Part shown: positions 9,762-17,856 of the stretch, one piece after another
How positions within the stretch are numbered: position 1 is the first letter of the stretch
How the letters are laid out: every line of letters begins with the position of its first letter
Origin: Planctomycetota bacterium
GTDB taxonomy: Bacteria; Planctomycetota; MHYJ01; WSZJ01
Assembly: GCA_038060895.1 (NCBI GenBank)
Contig: JBBTCT010000002.1
Span: 160,001-224,000, forward strand
Direction: 5' to 3'
Length of the DNA: 64,000 nt
Position numbers and translations under genes: made by a program
The notes under the pieces: generated by a model
Seen by the model: only the letters and a program-made list of their open reading frames with translations
Told to the model about the DNA's origin: nothing
Databases searched by the model: none

Positions 9762-9869
9762 GGGTTCTCCTCGAATGGAGAAGCGAGTTTATCACCCGCA
9801 GCTATCGCGCGACAGGGCCGGAAGCGCATCTATGATCCACAGTCCGAACCAGAAACGGAGGTCGTCTCC

Positions 9870-10217
9870 ATGCCGGAACGCAAGAGCTTCAGCTCCCGCC
9901 TTCACGGGCGCCTTACCCGGTGGGAATCGGTGCTGGCGATGGTATTTCTCGTGGACCTGTTCGAGGACCGCATTCTCTTCCGGTACCAGCACATCCCCGA
10001 CTGGGGCAAGGTGCTCGTCAAGATGGCCATCATCGTCGGCCTGCTCGGCATCCTGTTGCACCTCCTCAACAAGCAGATCGACACCGGCCTGTCCTTCACC
10101 CGCGGCGCCGGCGAGCGCATCATCATTCCCCGCATCGCCATGCACGCCCTTCTGCTCGCCGCCGTCTTCACCGGCTTCTACTGGCTCAAGATCGGACACT
10201 GGCCCTGGGCGTCATAG
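9870..10217 (+). CDS. Small membrane protein (about 3 TM helices)
   Basis: GGAGG RBS; three hydrophobic segments; typical GC3 codon usage. Confidence 0.7.
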   Translation: MPERKSFSSRLHGRLTRWESVLAMVFLVDLFEDRILFRYQHIPDWGKVLVKMAIIVGLLGILLHLLNKQIDTGLSFTRGAGERIIIPRIAMHALLLAAVFTGFYWLKIGHWPWAS

Positions 10218-10231
10218 CTGCGCATCGGGCG

Positions 10232-11269
10232 CTACTTTTTCGCCGGCCGGTCCTTCACGATCACCTTCGTCTCGGGCACCGGTCCCAGCTTCGCCTTGCG
10301 CGTCAGGGGCAGAAGCGCCATGTCCTTCTTGTGAAATTCGCGGATCGCGCCCCAGCAGGATCTCCCGGGGGGGCCCTTGTGGTCGCCGTCGTCGCAGAGT
10401 CTTGAAGCGGTCGGGTCGCTGCTCATGATGCAGTGCTTGCAGTTGTCGCAGTGTTCGGGCCTGTGGTACTTGAAGTGAATCAGCTCGTGGAAGAACGTGT
10501 ACGCGAGGATTTTGCCGGGGGCCTCGATGGTGTCCGCCAGCGTGATCGCGTAGTACTCGCCCGGCTTTGCCTTCGTCAGGTCCTTGTTCACGATCGTGAA
10601 ATCCGCCGGTCCGCCATTGTCGGTGATCGTGATCTGCGACACGTACATCTGGCCCTCGGTCAGTTCCCACATGAACTGCGAGGCTTCCTTCGTCCGCTCG
10701 CCCCAGGACGCCAGGAACGCCGCGTCCGCGTCGCCGCGGTAAGTCGCCGTCAGGACCCAGGCCTGCGCCGGGTGGCGCGCCCGGCGGACCGCCGCGATCG
10801 CATCCGGCGAGGACCATTTCCCCTCGAAGAACTCCAGCCCCTTCGCCTTCTGCTGGTCCTCAAACGTCGTCCAGCCGTCTTTTCCCTTCTTGTCCCCGAG
10901 CGCCTTCCGCGCGGCCTCGTTCTCCGCGTCCAGGTCCACCGTTTTCCGCCACTCGATCCGCGCCTGCCAGGTCAGCCCCTTGTCGCGGCACCAGTTCCCC
11001 AGTTTCAGATGCCCGTCCGCCGTGTCTTCGAACTCGCCCTTCTTCGCCTCGTAATCCTCGTACAGCGTCTTGCCCGCCTTGCGCGCCTTCACGTCCGACA
11101 GACGCACTTCAACCGGACCGTCCTTGTACGTCAGGACCGTCAGCCTCTCCTCGTCCTCGCCCGCGATCGTTCCCACGAGCTTGCGCCCGTCGGCCGTGAG
11201 GACCTCGTCCGCCCGGGCGACGGAGGAAACCAGCGACAGGGCGATCACGGCTGCGACAACACGGCGCAT
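10232..11269 (-). CDS. Secreted Zn-metallopeptidase, CLCA/M87-like
   Basis: Signal peptide; ASQFMWELTEGQMYVSQITI, HELIH (HExxH) and downstream CIM; AAGGAG RBS. Confidence 0.6.
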   Translation of the reverse strand: MRRVVAAVIALSLVSSVARADEVLTADGRKLVGTIAGEDEERLTVLTYKDGPVEVRLSDVKARKAGKTLYEDYEAKKGEFEDTADGHLKLGNWCRDKGLTWQARIEWRKTVDLDAENEAARKALGDKKGKDGWTTFEDQQKAKGLEFFEGKWSSPDAIAAVRRARHPAQAWVLTATYRGDADAAFLASWGERTKEASQFMWELTEGQMYVSQITITDNGGPADFTIVNKDLTKAKPGEYYAITLADTIEAPGKILAYTFFHELIHFKYHRPEHCDNCKHCIMSSDPTASRLCDDGDHKGPPGRSCWGAIREFHKKDMALLPLTRKAKLGPVPETKVIVKDRPAKK

Positions 11270-11350
11270 CGGGAACTCTCCTTTTTGCCTGCCCGGAGTC
11301 TACGGGCAAACCCGGGGCTTTCTTCCGGAAGTCACTGGTAGAATCCCCGC

Positions 11351-12601
11351 ATGCCGCGACGCTTCCTGATCGTCCTGCTCACGTTCCTCGCCATCCCGGG
11401 CGCCGGACTGTTCGCGCAGGCCCCCGGCGCTTCGAGGGAATCCGAGTATCGCAAGGCGATTGGAACGGCCTGGGAAGGGCTGGCGACGTGGTGCGTGAAG
11501 TGGAAACTCAGGGACGAAGCGCGCGCGGCGGCGGAGCAGGCGCTGGACGCGGACCCGAACAACGCGAAGGCGAAGACGGTGAAAGAGACGGTGGGCGCGA
11601 GCGAGGCGAAGGACGAGGTCCGGAAGGAGTACCAGAAGAAACTCGAAGCGACAAAGAAGACGGCGGCGGGTCACTGGAAGTCGATCGCCGCTGAGTGGCA
11701 CGCCATCCCGGACATCGAGGCCTACGACGTTTTCTGGGGCCGCGCGCTCGAACTGGACCCGAAGTCGATCCTGCCGGCGCACGAGGCGGAGTTCAAGGCG
11801 GCGCAGGCGAAGCAGGACTGGAAGCGCGCCGCGCGGTTGCTGGCGCAGCAGGAGAAGGCGCTGCCCGCGGACCCGGCGCGGACGAAACTGTGCCGCGAGC
11901 TCGAGGCGAGGGCTTCGGCGATCGAGCCGCTTTTGCGCAAGGCCTCGACGCACGAGATGCGGTACTTCCTGTCTCTCCCCCCGGGCTGGACTCCCGACAA
12001 AACGTGGCCCGTCCTCGTCGCGTGCGAGGGTACCGGGTGCAACTTCAAGGACCAGTGCGCGCGCTTCGCCAGTTTCCGCAAGGACGTGCCCGTCATCATC
12101 GTGACGCCGTGCACGTTTGCGAACACCAGCGGCCCGAAGAAGGAAAAGCATCCCTGGTACACGGAAGAGCTGATGAACCAGTGGACGAAGAACTTCATGG
12201 ACTTCGACGATCCCGGGATCATGGCGGCGCTCGCGGACGTGAAGCGCGAATGGGGCGGCGAGGAGAAGTTTTTTATTTCGGGCTACTCCGGCGGCGGGGT
12301 CATCTGCTTCTGGGAGATCTTCCTGCGCCCGACGCAGCTACGCGGTGCCTTTCCCGGCGGCGCCAACTACGTCGGACACCCCACTCCCCCCGGCGCGGGC
12401 GGCCGTGACCTGCCGATCCGCGCGTTCCAGAGCCAGAAAGACGAGTACTTCGCGAGCCTGACCGCCGCCTGGGCGGACGTGGAGAAAGCCCTGAAGAAAT
12501 TCAAGTTCACGAACTTCACGAGGACCGTGCTGCCCGATGCGGAGCACGCGGGGTGCCACGAAGCGATCTTCGGGGAGATTGACGCGATCCTGAAGAAGTA
12601 G
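11351..12601 (+). CDS. Secreted alpha/beta-hydrolase (esterase/PHB-depolymerase-like) with N-terminal helical module
   Basis: Signal peptide; YFLSLPPGW...WPVLV; nucleophile elbow GYSGGG; D and H (KDE, AEH) in expected order. Confidence 0.8.
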   Translation: MPRRFLIVLLTFLAIPGAGLFAQAPGASRESEYRKAIGTAWEGLATWCVKWKLRDEARAAAEQALDADPNNAKAKTVKETVGASEAKDEVRKEYQKKLEATKKTAAGHWKSIAAEWHAIPDIEAYDVFWGRALELDPKSILPAHEAEFKAAQAKQDWKRAARLLAQQEKALPADPARTKLCRELEARASAIEPLLRKASTHEMRYFLSLPPGWTPDKTWPVLVACEGTGCNFKDQCARFASFRKDVPVIIVTPCTFANTSGPKKEKHPWYTEELMNQWTKNFMDFDDPGIMAALADVKREWGGEEKFFISGYSGGGVICFWEIFLRPTQLRGAFPGGANYVGHPTPPGAGGRDLPIRAFQSQKDEYFASLTAAWADVEKALKKFKFTNFTRTVLPDAEHAGCHEAIFGEIDAILKK

Positions 12602-12622
12602 AGGACCGCTGACCCTGTCGCT

Positions 12623-14020
12623 TCACTGACTGGCGGACTCACCGAACGGCGGGACTCCTGCCTTCGCGCATTCCTCCCGCATCGCCTGCCGCTTCCGCCG
12701 CGCTTCCTCGTCGTAGTGATGAAGCTCCAGGAAGGAAATTCCCTCCAGCCAGAGGCGCCGCGCCTCGTCTGCGCGTCCTTCGCGCAGGCGCATGATGGCG
12801 AGCTCGCACCGGAACGTTCCTGTCGGGTTTCCGCCCTCGACGCGGCTGCTGGCGGCGAAGCACTCCTCGAAACAGCGAAGGGCGTCGGCCGTGCGGTTCG
12901 TGTCGCGATAGAGGCAGGCGAGGTTGCCGAGGGTGAGTGATTCCCAGTGCAGGTCGCCGACTTCGCGGTGGATGGCGAGCGCCTCGAGGTAGCAGGTTTC
13001 AGCCTCTTTCGGGCGGTCGGCGGTCTGGAGGTGGTGGGACAGCGTCGCGCGCGCGACCCCCTCGTACCGCCGGTTGCCGATCTTCCGCAGGAGAACCAGC
13101 GCTTCCTCGAGGGCGTTCAACCCGAGCGCGGGGCGGCCCGTGCCGCGGTAAAGGTTCGCGAGGTTTACGAGGACGACCGGCTCAACGCCCCGGTTTTCCT
13201 CGGACCGGAAGATCTCCAGCGCTTCCTTATAGTGCCTCTCTGCCTCGTCCAGCCGCCCGCTCTCGTAATGCACCATCGCGAGAGACAAAAGAGGCGGTGC
13301 TTCTCCCGCCCGGTCGCCGGAAGCGCGTGCGGCGGCCAGCACTTCGCGGTGGACCCGCTCCGCCTCCTCGAAGCGTCCCTCGTTGATGTCCGCCTGCGCG
13401 AGCCGGGCGCGCGTGTGCAGCTCGGCGCGTCGATCCCCGATTTCGCGGGCGATGGAGAGGGACTGCTGAAGCGCCTCCCGGGACTGCCGCGCGCGGCCGC
13501 TGTTCCCGTAGAGGAGACCGAGGGCATCGAGGGCCGACTGCTCGAGATCCCTGCGTCCCGCGTCCCGGAAAAGCTCACGGGCCTGGAGGAAGAGCTCCTC
13601 AGCCTCGCTGGTGCGGCCGCGAAGGCGGGCTGAGTGGCCTGCGCGACGGAGGGCGGCGCCGCGGGCAGCGCCCGGAACCAGGGCGGCGAGTCGCATCGCA
13701 GCCTCCTGCGCGGTTTCGTGCTGGAACTGGCGCGAAGCGACGTCAATCGCGCGCTGCAGGTAGCGGGATTCGCCGGGGACGTGCGCCGCGCGCACGTGCC
13801 CGGCGAGCTCGAGGGCGAAGGGATCGGTCGGGTGCGGCTGGAAAGGAGGCGGATCGGCGAGGTCGAGCCGCGGAGGATCGGGCGGCGGCCCTCCGCAGAG
13901 TGATTCGAGGACGGCGAACGCGAGGGCGTGGAGTCGCGCGCGGTCGCCGGGGAGCTGCAACTGGTAGGCGGCGTCTCGCAGCAACGCATGCCTGAAAATG
14001 TAGGCGAGGTCGGAATGCAC
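12623..14020 (-). CDS. Stand-alone STAND-derived WHD/arm plus TPR protein (family copy 1)
   Basis: Begins AYIFRHALLRDAAYQLQLPGDRARLH; about six 40-aa MalT-type TPRs; ends ECAKAGVPPF; TAGGAT -10 box 6 nt before GTG. Confidence 0.85.
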   Translation of the reverse strand: MHSDLAYIFRHALLRDAAYQLQLPGDRARLHALAFAVLESLCGGPPPDPPRLDLADPPPFQPHPTDPFALELAGHVRAAHVPGESRYLQRAIDVASRQFQHETAQEAAMRLAALVPGAARGAALRRAGHSARLRGRTSEAEELFLQARELFRDAGRRDLEQSALDALGLLYGNSGRARQSREALQQSLSIAREIGDRRAELHTRARLAQADINEGRFEEAERVHREVLAAARASGDRAGEAPPLLSLAMVHYESGRLDEAERHYKEALEIFRSEENRGVEPVVLVNLANLYRGTGRPALGLNALEEALVLLRKIGNRRYEGVARATLSHHLQTADRPKEAETCYLEALAIHREVGDLHWESLTLGNLACLYRDTNRTADALRCFEECFAASSRVEGGNPTGTFRCELAIMRLREGRADEARRLWLEGISFLELHHYDEEARRKRQAMREECAKAGVPPFGESASQ

Positions 14021-14130
14021 TCCGGAATCCTATGGCGCAGGGCAGGAAAAGCGCTTCCAGTTTCGGGCTACGTTTCCGGGATCGGCCCTGTGCCCGGCTC
14101 TTCGCACACTCTCGTTACTCACCTCCCGCC

Positions 14131-15351
14131 TCAGCGGGGGTTGACTTCCGTCACCGTGAAAGGCAGCGGGTGATCGTGGACGTTCAGGAAAGTTTTCCAG
14201 TTTTCATCCGTGGAGCCCGTGCGGAGATACGTCCGCTTTGCCCCGCCCTTTTCAAATGCGAAGCAGGTTTCGTTTCCGCTCCACGGGACTCCATCGGAAA
14301 CGAACCAGACGGTGCTCACGGTTGCGGTGGCCCCGACAAGGGAATTGTCTTCGTTCATCGTCTTCGCGACCGGCGTGACGATCTGGTACCAGACCTCGTT
14401 CTCCTCCCTGACCTCCTTCTTCCCGAGGTCCTTCCGCGTCAGGACATATTTGTCGGCGAGCACGACGACCTTGTCTTCGCCCGTTCGAAACCACTTCATT
14501 CCCGCCGGCGCCCTGGCTTTGCCGTTTTCCAGATCTGCCAGGCTCGGAGCCGGAAACTGCTCCGTCTGCCCGGGCGTCATCACGGACTCGAAGCGGATAT
14601 CGAAATGGCGGCCGAGTTTTCCTCCGTACCAGGTGAGGCGCCAGCGCATGTCTTTCGACATTTCGTTCTTTGAGGTGACCTGGATGACGCTGAAGTCGCC
14701 ACGGCGCACCACCTTGGCCGTCACGCCTTCGAAGCCGTGCGTTGTCGCGCGTGCGGCCATGGCTTTCGCGGCCTTCTCGAGGTCCGCGGGCTTTGCGTCC
14801 GCCGGCCCTGCGAGGTAGAGCTCATTCGGGTTCGCGGGCGCCTCAGGCTGCACTTTCCCGCCGTCCGCAGGCGGCTCCGGTTTCGGGTCCGGCCTGTCCG
14901 GCCCCGGCGGCGGCTTACCGGACACCTGCGCGTCCCGGCACAGCTTCCGAAGCTCGTGAATCGAGGTCTGCACATCGGCGAACTGCGTCCTGAAATCGGG
15001 ATAGATCTGGATCGCATCCTCCACCTCTACTTCCGGATCGAAGAGAAGCTCCAGCGCCGCCTTCATTTCCGCGTTCGGGTTCGCCGAATTCTTGCCCGCC
15101 TCGTACCTCGCCTTGGCCTTCTCGATATCCCGCCGAAGCTTCTCGATCATGGCTTCCGGCTTCGGGTACACGGTCTTCACGTCGGATTTCTTCACGACGA
15201 GGCCTTCCGGATGCGCCTCGTTCTTGATGCGGAGCGAGTTCCCGAGATCCGTCACTTCCCCGATGTACCGCTCGCCGTTGTTCATCAGGACCGCGTCCGC
15301 GGACACGGAGGCTCCCAGCAAGCCGAGAAAGAGCACGGTGATGATTCTCAT
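14131..15351 (-). CDS. Secreted hypothetical protein (C-terminal region weakly SecD P1-like)
   Basis: Signal peptide followed by ADAVLMNNGERYIGEV, Pro-rich linker, typical codon usage. Confidence 0.65.
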   Translation of the reverse strand: MRIITVLFLGLLGASVSADAVLMNNGERYIGEVTDLGNSLRIKNEAHPEGLVVKKSDVKTVYPKPEAMIEKLRRDIEKAKARYEAGKNSANPNAEMKAALELLFDPEVEVEDAIQIYPDFRTQFADVQTSIHELRKLCRDAQVSGKPPPGPDRPDPKPEPPADGGKVQPEAPANPNELYLAGPADAKPADLEKAAKAMAARATTHGFEGVTAKVVRRGDFSVIQVTSKNEMSKDMRWRLTWYGGKLGRHFDIRFESVMTPGQTEQFPAPSLADLENGKARAPAGMKWFRTGEDKVVVLADKYVLTRKDLGKKEVREENEVWYQIVTPVAKTMNEDNSLVGATATVSTVWFVSDGVPWSGNETCFAFEKGGAKRTYLRTGSTDENWKTFLNVHDHPLPFTVTEVNPR

Positions 15352-15523
15352 CGTGAAGGCCTCGAGAGAAAAGTTCGCGTAGGAAAGATGATAAGCGAAC
15401 GGGGGAGCGAAGCGGACGCGTTCCGGGTGAGATGGAGATTCGTTCCAACCTGCGAATCGAGGTTACCCCTCCTCACCCTTGATCGTTTAGTCTCCAGGCA
15501 GCTGCCGAGGGAGGAAGCGGTTC

Positions 15524-16654
15524 ATGATGGCTCTTCGACTGGTCACCGCAATCGTCGCGTTCGCGGGCGCGTTCTGCGCCACATTTGCCACGCGAGCGAC
15601 GCCGCAGGGCCGCGAAGTCGCCGCGCCCGGAACCAGGAGCCATCCGGCGGCGAGGGCACAAGTCCCGCCGGACGCCTCTCTCGATCCCGCCGCGAGCGAT
15701 CCGCTCGAGCCTCTCCGCCTGCAGGCCAGGTCTCTGCGCAAGCTCACCGGAGCGCTGACGGTGGAGGAGCGCCGCGCGAGGATCGAGGAGTTGCGCCTCC
15801 GCATGCCGGCGCTCATCGAGGCGCGTGACGGAGCCGGGCTCGTTCAGCTGATGAGGGAACTCGCCGCGCTCGGGCCCGACGCGTACGCCGCGGCGCTTCA
15901 GATCGCCCACCTGTTCATCGAACCGGGCGCGGGCGTGACGCGCGTCTTCGGCGTGAGGCTGGAGTGGTTCCGCGAGCACGCGTTTTCGGGCCTCGCGGCC
16001 CCGATGGTGACCTGGGCGATCGAGATGCCGGACCTGGCGCCGCCATGGTTCCGCGGCTTCGCGACCGACCGGCTGGTGCGGCACCGCGGGTGGTGGCCGG
16101 AGCGGAAGAACTGGATGCTCGGCAGGATGCGCGTCGAGGACGACGACGCGGTGGCGCGGATGTTCGGCGAGCGCATCGGGGACTTCGCCGCGATCCGCGA
16201 CATCGAGACACTCGGCGATGTCGCGCGGCGCGCCGACGGACCGGGCGGACGCGCCGGGGCGACGGAAGCGCTCGGTCGCGTGGAGCCGCCGTGGGGCCGG
16301 GGAGAGCTGGAAACGCTGGCTGCAAGCGGGGATCTGGAAGTGAGCGCCGAGGCGAAGCGCTGGCTGGGAGCGGGAGCGCCGGCAGGGACGCGGATCCTCG
16401 ATGTCGCGTTGAATTCGCGCGCGGAGAAGCTCGGCCTGCGGCCGGGCGACGTCGTCCTGAAGATCCAGGGAGAGTCGTCGAGGGGAAAGTGGTCCTCGGA
16501 CTTCCACAAATTTGATTCGAGCAAACACCCCGACGAAGTGGAAGTGATTCGCGGCGGGTCGCGGCTCAAGATCCGGATTCCGAAGGAACTCTGGCGCGAC
16601 GAAGCTCCATGGGGCATCTCGGGGCGGCCGTTCTTCGAGGAGGCCCCGAAATGA
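15524..16654 (+). CDS. Exported helical/HEAT-like protein with C-terminal PDZ-like domain
   Basis: GGAGGA RBS; SRAEKLGLRPGDVVLKIQG...VIRGG PDZ signature. Confidence 0.7.
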   Translation: MMALRLVTAIVAFAGAFCATFATRATPQGREVAAPGTRSHPAARAQVPPDASLDPAASDPLEPLRLQARSLRKLTGALTVEERRARIEELRLRMPALIEARDGAGLVQLMRELAALGPDAYAAALQIAHLFIEPGAGVTRVFGVRLEWFREHAFSGLAAPMVTWAIEMPDLAPPWFRGFATDRLVRHRGWWPERKNWMLGRMRVEDDDAVARMFGERIGDFAAIRDIETLGDVARRADGPGGRAGATEALGRVEPPWGRGELETLAASGDLEVSAEAKRWLGAGAPAGTRILDVALNSRAEKLGLRPGDVVLKIQGESSRGKWSSDFHKFDSSKHPDEVEVIRGGSRLKIRIPKELWRDEAPWGISGRPFFEEAPK

Positions 16655-17793
16655 AGACGACACTTCTCATCGCGGCGCTTTCCGCCTCGCTCGGCGTTGT
16701 GGCCGGCCGGCTGGTTCCGGTGCGAGAGCCCGTGGCGGCTCCGTCGGAGGCGGCCGGCCCGCCGATCCCGGCAGAGCCGGCGGCGACGGAGCCGGTGGAC
16801 AGCGCGAAGACGGAACAACCGGCTGCGGCCGACCCGGCCCTGGAAAAGAAGGCACTGGAGGCGGAAATCGCGACGCTTCAAGCAGACCCCCGCACCTGGA
16901 ACGCGGAGCAGATCCAGCGCCGCAAGGAGGAGTTGCTGGAGCGGCTCGATAAGGCGCGCCGCGGGCACGACCCAATGGCGGTCGTGGACATCGCCCAGGA
17001 GTTGGCGCGGCTCGGGCCGGCGGCCCGGCCCGATGCTCTCAAAGTCCTGACCGATGCAATGGATTCGTTCAAGTACGGAACCGGTGAGAAGTTCGACGAG
17101 TTTCTCGACGCCTGCGACGGCGCCGTGCTGGACGTGATGCAATGGGCGCTGACGGAACCGAAGCTGATGGATTCGGACGACGCGCGCATGCTGGCCGCGC
17201 TTGCCCTGACGCGACACTTCGACCAGGACGACCGAATCGCGCCGCTTCTGCTCAGGACGCTCTCGACCGAAGCCTCGTCCGACATAGCCGCGATCCTCGC
17301 CGGCGCGATCCCCCGGATGTTTCCGGCCGCGGTCATCCCGGACTTTGCCGCGTCCCTTCCCGTGAACAAACGCGGATCTCCCGACGCGCTGCTGGCCTAC
17401 TTCCGCGGCCTGCGCCTCTCGGGCTGGACGGACGGCGAGAAGTCGCACGTTCTCGACCACCTCGCCGGCAGCTCCTCCGCCGTCATCCGGGAAGTCGCAA
17501 AATCGGCGCAGGAACTTCGCGCCGCGTCGGGGACCGGATTCGCGCTGGAGTGGATGGCCCCGAACGCTTCCTCCACGCTCGGCGACCTCAGGGCCGGCGA
17601 CGTCGTGCGCTCCGTGGAGGGCGAGGTTCCGGGAAGCGGCGACCACCTGCTGGAAATCCTGTCGCGCGTGAAAGTCGGCGAATCCGTTATCCTGACGGTC
17701 TGGCGCGAAGGACAGGAATTTGCTCTCGGGTGGTCGGGACGCGCGCGGATGGACGCCGACATCCGCGGCTTCGCGCTCCAGCCGGGGGAGTAA
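16651..17793 (+). CDS. Exported helical protein with C-terminal PDZ-like domain (paralog of upstream gene)
   Basis: ATGA overlap, GGAGG RBS; LRAGDVVRSVEG...LTVWREG; shares ELAxLGPxA with the upstream gene. Confidence 0.7.
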   Translation: MKTTLLIAALSASLGVVAGRLVPVREPVAAPSEAAGPPIPAEPAATEPVDSAKTEQPAAADPALEKKALEAEIATLQADPRTWNAEQIQRRKEELLERLDKARRGHDPMAVVDIAQELARLGPAARPDALKVLTDAMDSFKYGTGEKFDEFLDACDGAVLDVMQWALTEPKLMDSDDARMLAALALTRHFDQDDRIAPLLLRTLSTEASSDIAAILAGAIPRMFPAAVIPDFAASLPVNKRGSPDALLAYFRGLRLSGWTDGEKSHVLDHLAGSSSAVIREVAKSAQELRAASGTGFALEWMAPNASSTLGDLRAGDVVRSVEGEVPGSGDHLLEILSRVKVGESVILTVWREGQEFALGWSGRARMDADIRGFALQPGE

Positions 17794-17856
17794 CGGCACG
17801 GCATCTCCCGCCGGGGCGGAGGCTCCCGCGGGTTCTCATTTTTCAGGAGCGATCCG

